The notes: generated by a model from the letters alone, not told the origin. 64,000 bases of DNA from an uncultured Candidatus Rokubacteria bacterium (GCA_963805625.1 CAWDVE010000017.1:32001-96000); one strand, 5' to 3'. Positions 30,278 to 42,283 are shown, counted from the stretch's first letter. Numbers and translations: made by a program.

Positions 30278-30514
30278 ATGCGGCTCATGAAAGTGCCGGA
30301 GGTGGCGGACATCCTAGGGCTCCAGCCCGTAACCATTCGCCGCATGATCCACGACGGCCGGTTGCCGGCAGTGCGCCCGACTGGCGGGCGCGCCGTCAGG
30401 GTTCGGGCTGAGGACGTTGAGCTACTCGTGCGGTTCGGAATGAGCGGTGCAGGCCGAGGGGACATAGCAGCGAAGAGCGGCAGGCGCCCGCTCAGGCGAC
30501 CGCCGGAGCGGTGA
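30278..30514 (+). CDS. Excisionase-type HTH protein
   Basis: LMKVPEVADILGLQPVTIRRMIHDGRLPAVR...VRVRAEDV. Confidence 0.85.
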   Translation: MRLMKVPEVADILGLQPVTIRRMIHDGRLPAVRPTGGRAVRVRAEDVELLVRFGMSGAGRGDIAAKSGRRPLRRPPER

Positions 30515-30557
30515 AATCAGAGCGCTGCGGCCGATTCGCTGCCTGCCGGGGCGTGGA

Positions 30558-30989
30558 ATGGGGAGAACGGAACGCATGACGATCTCGCCGAGTCGTCGAT
30601 GGGAAGGAAACCCGAGGCGCGTGCCAGAGCTGAGGAACCCTTGGCGCAGGCCGCTGTCCATCGTGCGCCGTCACAGGGGGAACGTCCCGGAGAAGGTACC
30701 GGGCAGGACCCGCCCCCCAATCGTCGCTCCGAGGCCCCAGGAGACGGGCAGGCGGGGGTTTGGGCTCATCCGCGAGGAACGGTCCAGGGGCCGAGCACGA
30801 CGCGTCTGCCTGTCACGAGAGCGCGGGGGGTACTTCGGGGCACAGCCCTACTACGCCGTGACCTATTACAAGTCGAACGGTCGGAAGGTCCAGGTCTCGC
30901 GGTACACGCCGTCCCAGCGGCGTGCCGAGAGACTCTTCGGGCGAATGTGTCGTGACCTGATCGAACCACGGATGCTGGCTAGATCATGA
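30558..30989 (+). CDS. Hypothetical basic protein
   Basis: Fills the gap in the co-oriented cluster; start uncertain. Confidence 0.4.
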   Translation: MGRTERMTISPSRRWEGNPRRVPELRNPWRRPLSIVRRHRGNVPEKVPGRTRPPIVAPRPQETGRRGFGLIREERSRGRARRVCLSRERGGYFGAQPYYAVTYYKSNGRKVQVSRYTPSQRRAERLFGRMCRDLIEPRMLARS

Positions 30990-31009
30990 GGGAAACGAGG
31001 AGCCACGAA

Positions 31010-31525
31010 ATGGATAAGGAGCACGGTGTGCTGGTTGGAATCGTGAATACCGTCGCGGATCGATGCTCGGTCGATTCGATCCCGGTGGTCCTGGCGAGAT
31101 TGACCCGGATACGGCAATGGTTGCAGGCCCGCAGCCCTAGCCTTGGGATGGTTTCGCCGCAGGAGTCATCTCGACCATCGCCGATTATGAGCGCTCTTCG
31201 GGTGGTGGCCGAGCTGATCCGTGATCCCGGACAGGTTGAGGAGATTCGGCATGAGGACATAGCAGCCACGTTGACGGTCATCGCGGCGCTCGAAGCGGCG
31301 TTGGCGGCTCGGCTGATGGTGGACAAACCGAAGGCGGTGGATGCCCCGGAGCGGGAAGATCGGCTACTGACTACCGACGAGGCGGCGGCACTCCTCAGAG
31401 TCACGCCCCAGTGGTTGTATCGGCGGGCGGATCGCCTGCCGTTCGCTCGACGGCTGTCTCGGAAGGCACTGCGGTTCTCAGAGGCCGGAGTGCATAGATG
31501 GATGGCCACCAAACGATCAGCTTGA
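31010..31525 (+). CDS. Excisionase-type HTH protein with N-terminal extension
   Basis: GAGGAG RBS; C-terminal RLLTTDEAAALLRVTPQWLYRR..LPFARRLSRKALRFSEAG. Confidence 0.78.
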   Translation: MDKEHGVLVGIVNTVADRCSVDSIPVVLARLTRIRQWLQARSPSLGMVSPQESSRPSPIMSALRVVAELIRDPGQVEEIRHEDIAATLTVIAALEAALAARLMVDKPKAVDAPEREDRLLTTDEAAALLRVTPQWLYRRADRLPFARRLSRKALRFSEAGVHRWMATKRSA

Positions 31526-31677
31526 GAGCACGGGCCGAAAGGACGGGACGCGGATGATGGTGACGAATGATGGACGGCAGCGCCCGTTGCGGCCGTCGAG
31601 GAGAGACCTGGTATGACGGGACGGATTTGGCGAGGTGCGTGAGCACGGCTCACTCGCCGGAAGAGGAGAATAGCCTG

Positions 31678-32871
31678 ATGATGGAGCGGGGCCGCGGTCG
31701 TGTGTATAGGCCGACCTACCGAGATCGGCGAACCGGGGAACTCAAGGCGTCGGCGGTCTGGTGGATATCGTTGCCGATTCAGGGGGAGAAGGGTCCAGAG
31801 AAACACCGGCAATCCTCGCACTCGACCAAGCGGTCCGACGCGGTGAAGCTGCTAAATGAGAAACTCGGGGACGTTGGTCGAGGGCTGCTGATCGGTCCGA
31901 GCGTCGAGAACACAATGTTTGCAGACTTGGCAGATATGCTGATCGAGAACCTCATGGCGAACGGGCGGCGATCCGTGGACCGCGCCAAGCGATCCGTCGC
32001 TCACTTGAAGATGTTCTTCGGGTTTGATCGAGCCATCGCGATCACGTCAGACCGAATCGTGTCTTACATCAGACACCGCCAATCCGAGACAGCGGCCAAT
32101 GCGACGATCAACCGGGAACTGGCCGCCCTCAAACGAATGTTCCGACTTGGCGAACGAGCTAGGAAGGTTGCCTATCGACCGTACATCGAGATGCTGCATG
32201 AAGCCAATGTTCGAAAAGGCTTTCTGGAGTGGCCGGGATTTCAAGCGATCCTGGCCCACCTGTCCGTGGACCTTCGACCCGTATTCGAAGCCGCTTACAT
32301 TACCGGGTGGCGCGTCAGGTCTGAACTGCTGACTCGACAGAAGACTCATGTCGATCTTGTGAACGGGTGGCTGCGATTGGAGCCGGGCGAGGGCAAGACT
32401 GGGGAAGGGCGGCAGTTTCCGCTCACACCAGAACTTCGTGCCGTGTTGGAGCAGCAACTCGCCCGTACACGGGAGATGGAGATGGCAACCGGCCAAGTGA
32501 CGCCGTGGGTGTTCCACCGCAATGGGGAACCGATCAAGAGTTACCGGAGGGCTTGGCGGAGCGCCTGCAAGAAGGCGGGGTTGCCGGACCGCATTCCCCA
32601 TGACTTTCGGCGGACTGCGGTGCGGAATCTGGAGCGGGCTGGGGTCTCTCGCTCCGCGGCCATGAAGATGGTAGGGCATAAGACGCAGTCGATCTATTCA
32701 CGGTACGCGATCGCGGACGAATCGATGTTGAAGGACGGCGCGGTGCGACTATCCACCCTCCACGCCCACGAAGTTGAGGCGGCGGAGCGCGCGAGGATGG
32801 AGGGGGTGGTCGTGCCGATTACAACGGCGCGGTCACGATCGGGCAAAGTTCGGGCAAAGTCACGGGCCTGA
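31678..32871 (+). CDS. Tyrosine recombinase / phage-type integrase
   Basis: NATINRELAAL, TGWR, HDFRR, GH and SRY catalytic residues; adjacent to the tRNA. Confidence 0.95.
   Translation: MMERGRGRVYRPTYRDRRTGELKASAVWWISLPIQGEKGPEKHRQSSHSTKRSDAVKLLNEKLGDVGRGLLIGPSVENTMFADLADMLIENLMANGRRSVDRAKRSVAHLKMFFGFDRAIAITSDRIVSYIRHRQSETAANATINRELAALKRMFRLGERARKVAYRPYIEMLHEANVRKGFLEWPGFQAILAHLSVDLRPVFEAAYITGWRVRSELLTRQKTHVDLVNGWLRLEPGEGKTGEGRQFPLTPELRAVLEQQLARTREMEMATGQVTPWVFHRNGEPIKSYRRAWRSACKKAGLPDRIPHDFRRTAVRNLERAGVSRSAAMKMVGHKTQSIYSRYAIADESMLKDGAVRLSTLHAHEVEAAERARMEGVVVPITTARSRSGKVRAKSRA
32840..32860 (+). repeat. Tandem 10-bp repeats, possible integrase arm-type sites
   Basis: CGGGCAAAGT at 32840 and 32851, about 50 bp from the tRNA 3' end. 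Confidence 0.5.
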
Positions 32872-32907
32872 CGGAGCGGACGATGGTGCGTAACTACCGA
32901 AGAAAAA

Positions 32908-32983
32908 TGGTGGACAGGGGGAGAATTGAACTCCCGACACCGGGATTTTCAGTCCCGTGCTCTACCAACTGAGCTACCTGTCC
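32908..32983 (-). tRNA. tRNA-Phe(GAA)
   Basis: GGACAGGTAGCTCAGTTGGTAGAGCACGGGACTGAAAATCCCGGTGTCGGGAGTTCAATTCTCCCCCTGTCCACCA, 76 nt with encoded CCA. Confidence 0.97.
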
Positions 32984-33110
32984 ACCGGGCGTGAGGACCC
33001 CCTGAAGCGCCCGTAACGTTACCAGACGGTCCGGCCAGTGTCCAGCAAGGGTGGCCTTGCTGCGGAGGCCTCGCGCCACCGGGTGGCCCGGCGTCCCGGC
33101 GGGCGTCCCG

Positions 33111-33650
33111 TCAGCGGCGCCGGAGCGCCACGTCCACGCGCGCGAGGAGCTCCTTCAGACTGAAGGGCTTCGCGATGTAGTCGGCGGCGCCGCCCTGCAG
33201 GCCCGACGGGATGTCCCGCTCCTGGCCGCACGCCGTGAGCATGATCACCGGGATCGCACGGACGTCGGGCTCGGCCTTGCGCACGCGCCCCGCCGCGTCG
33301 GCGGAGCGTTGGCCGTGCAGGATCTCGGCGTGGCAGCCCGGCCCGGCCTGCGCGCCCGGCCGGCCACGGGTCAGGACCACCGCCGCGTCGCGGAACGCGG
33401 GATCGGCGCTCCATCGTGCAAGGAGCGGCGCCGCGTCCCCGTTCGACGAGGAGGCGCGGCCCGTCCTCGACCCTCAGGTAGAGCCGCCTGGCGATCGTGG
33501 CAAAGCGCGCGAGCTGCGCCTCCTGCTCGCCGGGGTCCAGGGATTCGCGCCGTACACGCAGATTGCGGCGTCCGGCGCGGCCGACCGCGTGCGCCCCCCG
33601 GGTGGGAGCGATCGGAACGCAGGCGAGCGCGCGGCCACCGAGCATGAGTG
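33111..33650 (-). pseudogene. Decayed response-regulator receiver gene
   Basis: [27 protein letters not shown]; the N-terminal part is broken. Confidence 0.6.
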
Positions 33651-33932
33651 ACGCGCCAAGCGCGCCGGGGGTGAGCTGCACGACGGAATACCTCCAGTTC
33701 CTGGAACTGCGAAGCGGGAACGGGCGACCAAGGCGGTCAAGGCGACCAAGACGGTCAAGGCGAATTGTGGCAAAGGGGATTCCGGAGACCGCGTTTTCGG
33801 GCGAGCGCCCCCGTCCCGGCTCGTAAGTGACGGTTACCCTCCGGCCCCCCTGGGCGTGTCCAGGCCGGTCGAGTAAGATGGTGCGCGCGGTCGCGAGCCG
33901 CGGGTGGAACGCTGCGAAGGAGGCCAATCTCA

Positions 33933-35729
33933 GTGGGTGAGCGCGTCGATCCGATCACCGTCTCGGTCATCCAGCATCGGCTCGAGGCCATCGTCCAGGA
34001 GATGGGCGAGGCGATGCTCCGCACCTCGTACTCCCAGATCCTCAACTCGAGCCGGGATTTCTCCACGGCTCTCTGTGACGCCGAGGGCCGGCTCGTGGCC
34101 CAGGCCGAGCACGTGCCGATCCACGTCGGCGCGATCCCGTGGGCTGTTCGGTCCGTGCAGGAGTTCTTCGGAGACCGGGTCCGGCCCGGAGACGTCTATC
34201 TCCTGAACGACCCGTATCATGGCAACAACCACCTACCTGACCTCACCGCCTTCGTGCCCGTCTTCGCCCAGCAGCGGCTCGTCTTCTGGTCGATCAACCG
34301 CTCTCACCAGAGCGACATCGGCGGCGCGACCCACGGCGCCTACAATCCCGGCGCGACCGAGATCTGGCAGGAAGGCCTCCGCATCACCCCGCTGTGCTTG
34401 TACGAGGCGGGGGTGGTGCGGGACGACGTGCTCAAGATGATCGCGACCAACGTCCGCCATCCGCGGGACTTTCAGGGGGACCTCGCCGCGATGATCGGCT
34501 CCGCCCGGGTGGGGGAGCGTCGGCTCCTCGCCCTTCTCGAGGACTACGGCGCCCCGACCGTCGGGCCGGCGATCGACACGATCCTCGACGGCGCCGAGCG
34601 CCAGGCGCGCGCCTGCATCGCGGCGTGGAAGGACGGCGTGTACCGGGGCGAAGCGGTGCTCGACGATGACGGCCACGGGTTCCGGGACATCTATATCCGG
34701 GCGAAGGTGACCAAGCGCGGGAGCGATCTCACGGTCGATCTCAGCGATTCCCATCCCCAGGTGATCGGCTTCGTGAACTCGTCCTACCCGAACATGCGGT
34801 CGGCCGTCGCCATGGCCCTCGCGTACCTGATCGACCCCGAGACGCCGAAGAACGACGGGACGTTCCGCCCGCTCACAGTGATCGCCAAGGCCGGCACGGT
34901 CGTGTGGGCGAATCCCCCGGCGCCGCTGACCCTCTGCACGAACCATTGCGCCCAGGAGATCGCCGAGTCGGTGATCAAGGCGCTGGCGCCCGCCTGCCCG
35001 ACGCGCGTCCTGGCGGGCTGGGGCCGGCGCTTCCGCATCGCGATCCAGGGCACGGACCCGCGGAGCGGGCGGCCGTTCATCTGGCACATGTTTCACGCGC
35101 GGCCGGGCGGCGGGGCCTCGCCGGCGGGCGACGGCTGGCCGACCGCAGGGGAGGGCCAGGCAGCCGGCGGCATCAAGTTCGGGAGCGTCGAGGTGACGGA
35201 GGTGCGCTTCCCTCTGTTCTTCGCGCGACACGAGTTCCGGCCGGACTCGGGTGGGGACGGGCAGTACCGTGGCGGCCCCGGTTCGATCCTCGAGCTCCAT
35301 GTGGAGATCGCGGAGCCCGCCCGCGCGAACACCGCGGGCGACGGCACGCGCCACGCGCCGTACGGGATCCTCGGCGGGCGGGACGGCCTGCCGCATCGCT
35401 ACCGGCTGCGCTCGCGCGGGCGCCGAGACCGGGTGCTCCGGACCAAGGAGGTCGGCGTCGTCGTCCGTCCGGGCGACGTGTTCCTCGTCGAGTCGGGGGG
35501 CGGCGGGGGCTACGGCGACCCGCGCCAGCGAGCGCCTGAGGCCCGCGCCTACGACCGGGAGAACGGCTTCGTCACACGCCGATCGGCCGCGACCTCGAAG
35601 GCGTCCCGCGGTGGGCGAGGGGCGTCGGCGAACGGCGCGCGCGCGCGGGTGGCGCCGGCGCGCGGGGCTGGGGCGACGACGGGACCCGCGCGTCGCAGTC
35701 GACGAATCGCCAAGCGAAAGGCGCGCTGA
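33933..35729 (+). CDS. Hydantoinase B / 5-oxoprolinase family protein
   Basis: DPITVSVI, RDFSTAL, NDPYHGNNHLPD and GGGGGYGDP. Confidence 0.93.
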   Translation: MGERVDPITVSVIQHRLEAIVQEMGEAMLRTSYSQILNSSRDFSTALCDAEGRLVAQAEHVPIHVGAIPWAVRSVQEFFGDRVRPGDVYLLNDPYHGNNHLPDLTAFVPVFAQQRLVFWSINRSHQSDIGGATHGAYNPGATEIWQEGLRITPLCLYEAGVVRDDVLKMIATNVRHPRDFQGDLAAMIGSARVGERRLLALLEDYGAPTVGPAIDTILDGAERQARACIAAWKDGVYRGEAVLDDDGHGFRDIYIRAKVTKRGSDLTVDLSDSHPQVIGFVNSSYPNMRSAVAMALAYLIDPETPKNDGTFRPLTVIAKAGTVVWANPPAPLTLCTNHCAQEIAESVIKALAPACPTRVLAGWGRRFRIAIQGTDPRSGRPFIWHMFHARPGGGASPAGDGWPTAGEGQAAGGIKFGSVEVTEVRFPLFFARHEFRPDSGGDGQYRGGPGSILELHVEIAEPARANTAGDGTRHAPYGILGGRDGLPHRYRLRSRGRRDRVLRTKEVGVVVRPGDVFLVESGGGGGYGDPRQRAPEARAYDRENGFVTRRSAATSKASRGGRGASANGARARVAPARGAGATTGPARRSRRIAKRKAR

Positions 35730-35730
35730 C

Positions 35731-37773
35731 GTGTACCGGATCGGGATCGACGTCGGCGGCACCTTCACGGACCTGGTCGCAGTGGACGAGCGTGGACGCG
35801 TGACCCTCGCGAAGGCGGCCTCGACCCCGCAGGACCAGTCCGTCGGCGTCATGGAGGGGCTCAGCCTCCTGGCCGAGGCGCTCGGATGCGACCGGGCGGC
35901 CCTCCTCCGCGACACCGAGCGCATCGTCCACGGGACGACGGTCGCGACCAACGCCCTCCTCGAGCGCAAGGGGGCGCGGGTCGGGCTCCTCACGACCGCC
36001 GGCCACCGCGACGTAATCGAGATGCGGGAGGGGCTGAAGGACGACCGGTACAACCTCCGCATGGCGCCGCCGGAGCCGCTCGTGCCCCGCGCGCGGCGGC
36101 TCGGCATCCGCGAGCGCATGCGCGCCGACGGTCGGGTGGAGACGCCGCTCGATCCCCGCGCCCTCGACCGGGCCATCGCCGACCTCCGGCGCGCCGGTGT
36201 CGAGGCGGTGGCTGTCTGCTACCTGCATGCCTACCGGGACGCGCGGCACGAGCGGGCGACCGAGCGCGCCCTCCGCCGGGCGCTGCCGGGCGCCTACATC
36301 TCGCTCTCCTCGGAGGTCTTGCCCCAGATCAAGGAGTACGAGCGGGTCTGCACGACCGTCGTGAACGCCTACGTCGGGCCCGCGCTCGCGCGCTACCTCT
36401 CGCGGCTGGCCGAGCGTCTCATCCAGACCGGCTACGCTGGGCCCGTCCTCATCATCCAGTCCCACGGTGGCGTGGCCCCGATTGCCGACGCCGTGCGCCT
36501 CGCCGGCGGGGCGGTCCTGTCCGGACCCGCGGGTGGCGTGGCGGGGAGCCGCTACTGCGCGCGCCTCCTCGGCGAAGGTAATCTGATCCCCTTCGACATG
36601 GGTGGGACCAGCACCGACATCTCGCTCGTCGAGCACGGCGAGGCCCACCTCTCGCCGGACCGGGCGGTCGCGGGCCAGAAGGTAGCGCTCCCCAGCCTCG
36701 ACATCGTGTCGATTGGGGCGGGCGGCGGATCGATCGCCCGCGTGGACGCCGGCGGCACGCTCCGCGTCGGGCCGGAGAGCGCGGGCGCGGAGCCTGGCCC
36801 AGCGTGTTACGGCAAGGGCGGCACGGCCGCCACCGTGACGGACGCGAACCTGGTCCTAGGCTATCTCGATCCCGGGAACTTCCTGGGCGGCCGGACACAG
36901 CTCGACCCCGGTGCCGCGCAGCGGGCCGTGGACACGATCGCGGAGCGGCTCGGCACCGAGCGGATGGTTGCGGCCGAGGGCATCCACCGGGTCATCAACA
37001 CGGTGATGGCCGAGGGCATCCGTGTCGTGTCGGTGCGGCGGGGCGTCGATCCCCGGCGGTTCGCGCTGCTCGCCTTCGGCGGGGCCGCTGCCCTCCACGT
37101 GACCGACGTGGCCCGGCGTCTCGAGATCGGGCGCGTCGTCGTGCCGCGGGTCGCGGCCGTGCTCTCGGCCTGGGGGATGCTGGCCACCGACCTCCGGTAC
37201 GAGGCGGTGCGGACCCACATCGGCGACGCGCGCCGGGTCGGCGCGGCGCAGCTCCGCCAGGTGTTCGCCGCGATGGAGACCGAGGGGCGGCGGCGCCTGG
37301 CCGAGGCCTTCTCGGGGCCGGTGCGCATCCAGCGTGCCGTGGACATGCGCTACGGCGAGCAGATCTTCGAGGTCAACGTCTCGCTGGGGGACGTCGACCT
37401 CGAGGCGCCCGACGCGATGGCGGAGATCGTCGGGCGCTTCCACAAGCGTCACGAGGAGCTGTACACCTACGCGGCGCCGGACCAGGAAGTCGTCCTCGTC
37501 AACGCGCGCCTGGCGGTGGTGGGGGAGCTGCCGGCTTTGCCCGAGGAGCCCGCGCTTCCCGCGCGGCCCCCCGCGGCGCCCCGCAGCCGGCGGCGCATCT
37601 ACCTAGACGACTGGCGCGAGGTACCGGTCTATGATCTCGACGCGGTGGCACCGGGGCAGGTGATAGCAGGCCCCGCGATCATCGAGGCGGCGACGACGAC
37701 GGCGCTCCTGCGCGCCGGCGAGCGAGCGACCGTGACCCCCCTCGGCTGGCTCGAGATCCGCGTCGCATCGTGA
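35731..37773 (+). CDS. Hydantoinase A / 5-oxoprolinase family protein
   Basis: RIGIDVGGTFTD, HGTTVATNALL, DMGGTSTD and GPESAGAEPGPACY. Confidence 0.94.
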   Translation: MYRIGIDVGGTFTDLVAVDERGRVTLAKAASTPQDQSVGVMEGLSLLAEALGCDRAALLRDTERIVHGTTVATNALLERKGARVGLLTTAGHRDVIEMREGLKDDRYNLRMAPPEPLVPRARRLGIRERMRADGRVETPLDPRALDRAIADLRRAGVEAVAVCYLHAYRDARHERATERALRRALPGAYISLSSEVLPQIKEYERVCTTVVNAYVGPALARYLSRLAERLIQTGYAGPVLIIQSHGGVAPIADAVRLAGGAVLSGPAGGVAGSRYCARLLGEGNLIPFDMGGTSTDISLVEHGEAHLSPDRAVAGQKVALPSLDIVSIGAGGGSIARVDAGGTLRVGPESAGAEPGPACYGKGGTAATVTDANLVLGYLDPGNFLGGRTQLDPGAAQRAVDTIAERLGTERMVAAEGIHRVINTVMAEGIRVVSVRRGVDPRRFALLAFGGAAALHVTDVARRLEIGRVVVPRVAAVLSAWGMLATDLRYEAVRTHIGDARRVGAAQLRQVFAAMETEGRRRLAEAFSGPVRIQRAVDMRYGEQIFEVNVSLGDVDLEAPDAMAEIVGRFHKRHEELYTYAAPDQEVVLVNARLAVVGELPALPEEPALPARPPAAPRSRRRIYLDDWREVPVYDLDAVAPGQVIAGPAIIEAATTTALLRAGERATVTPLGWLEIRVAS

Positions 37774-37842
37774 TTCCACCGCGGATCCTGTCGCCGGCGC
37801 AGCCCCATGCGCCTCGCCGACCCCCGATGAACGGAGGCTAGG

Positions 37843-39162
37843 ATGGGCACGAAGTTCGACGATCCCGGGTCTCAGTCCCGCGCCTTGTTCGAGCGGGCGC
37901 GGCAGGTCATCCCGGGCGGGACCTCCAAGGCGAACTTCCACGTCCGCCCGCACCCGTTCTACCTTGCCGAGGGGCGTGGCTGCCGCGCGACCGACGTCGA
38001 CGGGGTCGAGCGGATCGACGCCATCAACAACTTCACGGCGCTAATCCACGGTCACGCCTTCCCCCCGCTCGTCGACGCGGTCAGCCGACAGCTCTCGCGC
38101 GGCACGGCCTTCGCTGCATCCACGCCCGAGGAGGTCGCCCTCGCCGAGCTCCTCGTCGAGCGGGTGGCGGGTCTCGAGCGGGTCCGCTTCGGCAACTCCG
38201 GCACCGAGGCGGTGATGATGGCCATCAAGGCGGCGCGGGCCTACACGGGCCGCGACCGCATCGCCAAGTTCGAGGGGGCGTATCACGGCTACTACGACGA
38301 CGTCCAGGTGAGCTACAGCTCGCGGCCGGACGACTGGGGGCCGGACGACGCGCCGGCCAGCGTGCCCTCCTCGGGCGGCGTGCCCAAGCACCGCGTGCTC
38401 GAGACGCTAGTCCTGCCCTGGAACGATCCTGACGCCTGCGAGCGGCTGGTGACGCGCCACGCTTCCGAGCTGGCGGCGGTGCTCGTGGATCCCCTGTCGA
38501 ACCGCATGGGGTTCATCCCCCCCGCGGACGGGTTCCTCGCGTTCCTCCGACAGCTCACCCGGCAGCACGGGGTCCTCCTCGTCTTCGACGAGATCATCTC
38601 GTTCCGCGTCGGCTACCACGGCGCCCAGGGCCGCTACGGCGGGGATCCGGATCTGACCGCCTTTGGCAAGATCATCGGCGGTGGGTTCCCCGTCGGCGCC
38701 ACGGGCGGCCGCGCCAAGGTGATGGAGGTGTTCGATCCCGGAACGCGGGGGCCGCGAATCGCCTCCGGGGGGACGTTCAGCGCCAACCCCGTCAGCATGA
38801 CGGGCGGGCTCGCGACGATGCGGGCGATGACGCCCGCGGCATTCGATCGCCTGGACGCGCTCGGGGCCCGGCTGCGCGCGCGGCTCGGTGAGGTCTTCCG
38901 TGACGCCGGCGTGCCCGGCCAGGTGACCGGCGAGGGCTCCCTGTTCCGGCTCCTCTTCACCGACCGGCCGCTCCGCAGCTACCGCGACCTCGACCAGGCG
39001 GCCGAGGCGCGCATGGAGCGACTCTTCCTCGCGCTTCTCGATGCGGGCGTGCTGGTCCACACGACGGGGCTCGGCTGCCTCTCGACCCCGATGGGCGACC
39101 GCGAGGTCGAGGAGATCGCGGGGGCCGCCGAGCGAGCGCTCGGAGCCGTCGGCCGCGGCTGA
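37843..39162 (+). CDS. Class III aminotransferase (GSA aminomutase-like)
   Basis: NSGTEA, KFEGAYHG, LVFDEI and FGKIIGGGFPVGA. Confidence 0.9.
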   Translation: MGTKFDDPGSQSRALFERARQVIPGGTSKANFHVRPHPFYLAEGRGCRATDVDGVERIDAINNFTALIHGHAFPPLVDAVSRQLSRGTAFAASTPEEVALAELLVERVAGLERVRFGNSGTEAVMMAIKAARAYTGRDRIAKFEGAYHGYYDDVQVSYSSRPDDWGPDDAPASVPSSGGVPKHRVLETLVLPWNDPDACERLVTRHASELAAVLVDPLSNRMGFIPPADGFLAFLRQLTRQHGVLLVFDEIISFRVGYHGAQGRYGGDPDLTAFGKIIGGGFPVGATGGRAKVMEVFDPGTRGPRIASGGTFSANPVSMTGGLATMRAMTPAAFDRLDALGARLRARLGEVFRDAGVPGQVTGEGSLFRLLFTDRPLRSYRDLDQAAEARMERLFLALLDAGVLVHTTGLGCLSTPMGDREVEEIAGAAERALGAVGRG

Positions 39163-39217
39163 CCGCGGGCCGCCAGACCAGTCCCGCGGGCGCTCGATGC
39201 TGCGGTCCGACGCGACC

Positions 39218-39490
39218 ATGGGGCGCCTGGTGCAATCCCGCCCCGTTCGCCTCGCCGTGATCGTCCTCGTGGGAGCGGTGCTCCGACTCTGGGGCATCCT
39301 CCACGGCCTGGCCGACGGGCTCCTCTATCACGCACGACGCGCACCTCGCGGTCTTCAGCGCCTGGCACCTCTACCTCGGGGGGCCACTCCGGGCTGCCAG
39401 GTTCGGCGCGGCGCACGGGGTCCTCACCTGGCTCGCGCTGGAAGCGACCGACCTCGTGGGGGCGGGGAGTGGCTCCGGGCGCTCGGCAGC
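39218..39490 (+). pseudogene. N-terminal remnant of a membrane glycosyltransferase (GT-C/ArnT-like)
   Basis: LAVIVLVGAVLRLWGILHGL...YH, then a frameshift and truncation. Confidence 0.4.
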
Positions 39491-39493
39491 TGA

Positions 39494-40483
<990 letters not shown>

Positions 40484-40511
40484 CGGGCGCCCACCGCCAG
40501 AGGAGCCGGGT

Positions 40512-42277
40512 GTGTGCGGGATCGCGGGTCGCCTGAACTTCCGCACCGGGGCGCCGGTGGACCCCGGCATCCTGGACGGCATGGGCGACCTCCTCGCCCA
40601 CCGGGGCCCCGACGGCGAGGGGTCTGGCACCAGGAGGCCGTCGGCCTCGCCCACCGCCGGCTGGCCATCGTCGACCTCAGCGACGCCGCGCGCCAGCCGA
40701 CGACGGGCGAGGATCCGCGCGTGCGGGTCATCTACAACGGGGAGATCTACAGCTTCCGGGAGCTGCGGATCGAGTTGGAATCGCGGGGACAGCGGTTCCG
40801 CACGCGGTCCGACACCGAGGTACTGCTCGCGGCCTACGCCGCCACCTTCCTTCGAGGCACGGCCGGACGTGACAGCGCTGTCCGACTACCTCACATGCCA
40901 CTACGTGCCCGCTCCCGGGTCGGCGTTCGCCGGCGTCCGGCGGGTCCCGCCGGCCCACTACCTGGTGGCGGAGGACGGCCAGATGCGCTTCGAGCGCTAC
41001 TGGCGCCTCCGCCACCAGCCGAAGCGCCAGCTGTCGGAGGCAGACGCGGCGGCGGAGCTCCTGGCGCGCCTCCGGGACGCCGTGCGCTGCCGGCTCGTCG
41101 CCAACGTCCCGCTCGGGGCGTTCCTGAGTGGAGGGATCGACTCGAGGACCGTCGTGGCGCTCATGTCCCAGGCCGGTGCGGCCTCGGTCAGGACCTTCTC
41201 GATCGGCTTCGAGGAGCGGGAGTACGACGAGCTGCCGTACGCGCGGCTGGTGGCACGCCGATACGGTACGGACCACTACGAGTTCGTCGTCCGGCCGGAG
41301 GCGGTCGACATCCTTCCCCGGCTGGTCTGGCACTACAACGAGCCCTATGCGGACTCGTCGGCGATTCCGACGTTGTACCTGGCCGAGCTCATCCGGCGTC
41401 ACGTGACCGTCGCGCTGAACGGCGACTGCGGAGACGAGAACCTCGCCGGGTCCCCTCGCCACCTGGCGGGTCGGCTCGCCGAGCGCTACGCGGGTCTCGC
41501 CCGCCCCTCCAGCGGCCACTCGCGACGCTGCTCGCAGCCCTTCCCGCGCCGGGGCGCGGGATGACCTACGCGCGCTGGTTCCTCGCAGGGTCCGGCGAGC
41601 CGCCCGCCCGTCGCTACGCGGGCTGGGCGAGCCACCTCGATCCGGCATTGAAGTGGGAGCTCACGACCGAGGAGTTTCGCCGGGCGGCGGGTGACCACGA
41701 CTCTCTCGAGCATCTGACGGAGGCGTTCCGCGAGACCGACGGGGCCGATCTGCTCGATGCCACGCTCGCGGGCGACGTTGAGACCTGCCTGCCCGACGAC
41801 CTGCTCGTCAAGGTCGACATCGCGACCATGGCGCACCGGCTCGAGGGGCGCTCGCCCTTTCTCGACCACGACGTCATGGAGTTCTGCGCCAGCCTGCCGT
41901 CCGATCTGAAGCTCCGGGGGCTCACGACGAAGTACCTCCTGAAGCGAGCGGTGCGCGAGCTCCTGCCGGCCCCGGTGGTCGACCGGCCCAAGCAGGGATT
42001 CGGCGTGCCGATCGACCGCTGGCTCCGCGGGGAGCTTCGCACCATGGTCCACGACGTCTTGCTGGACGCCCGGACGCTTCGGCGTGGCTACTTTCACGAG
42101 CCCGTCGTGCGCCGCCTGCTCGACGAGCACGGGCACGGCGTGCGGGGATGGCACTCCCAGCTGTGGAGCCTCCTCGTGCTGGAGCTCTGGCACCGGATGT
42201 TCGTGGACCGGCTCCCCGAGGCGGGGTCCCCCCTCGCCTCGGCCGCAGCCCGCGGGGCCGCGACCGCGGTGCCCTGA
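40512..42277 (+). pseudogene. asnB: Asparagine synthase-like amidotransferase, frameshifted with an internal deletion
   Basis: MCGIAG, HRGPD, HRRLAIVD, FLSGGIDS, KVDIATMA and RPKQGF are spread over frames, with shifts near 40622, 40845 and 41505. Confidence 0.88.
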
Positions 42278-42283
42278 CGCCCA

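Larger units (their letters stand above)
29469..32907. mobile_element. Core module of an integrative element at tRNA-Phe (left boundary unresolved)
   Basis: Integrase, two xis-like genes and a divergent Zn-finger gene abut the tRNA 3' end; GC is visibly lower. Confidence 0.75.

Noticed and set aside
29469-32907. Prophage
   Set aside because: No structural, packaging, replication or lysis genes recognised.
33723-33763. 18-bp tandem repeat (also a 21-bp tandem near 57756-57793)
   Set aside because: Only about two copies each in intergenic DNA; probably slippage, with no supporting context.
37843-39162. Calling the aminotransferase hemL
   Set aside because: The hydantoinase context and divergent motifs suggest a catabolic paralog, so the symbol is withheld.
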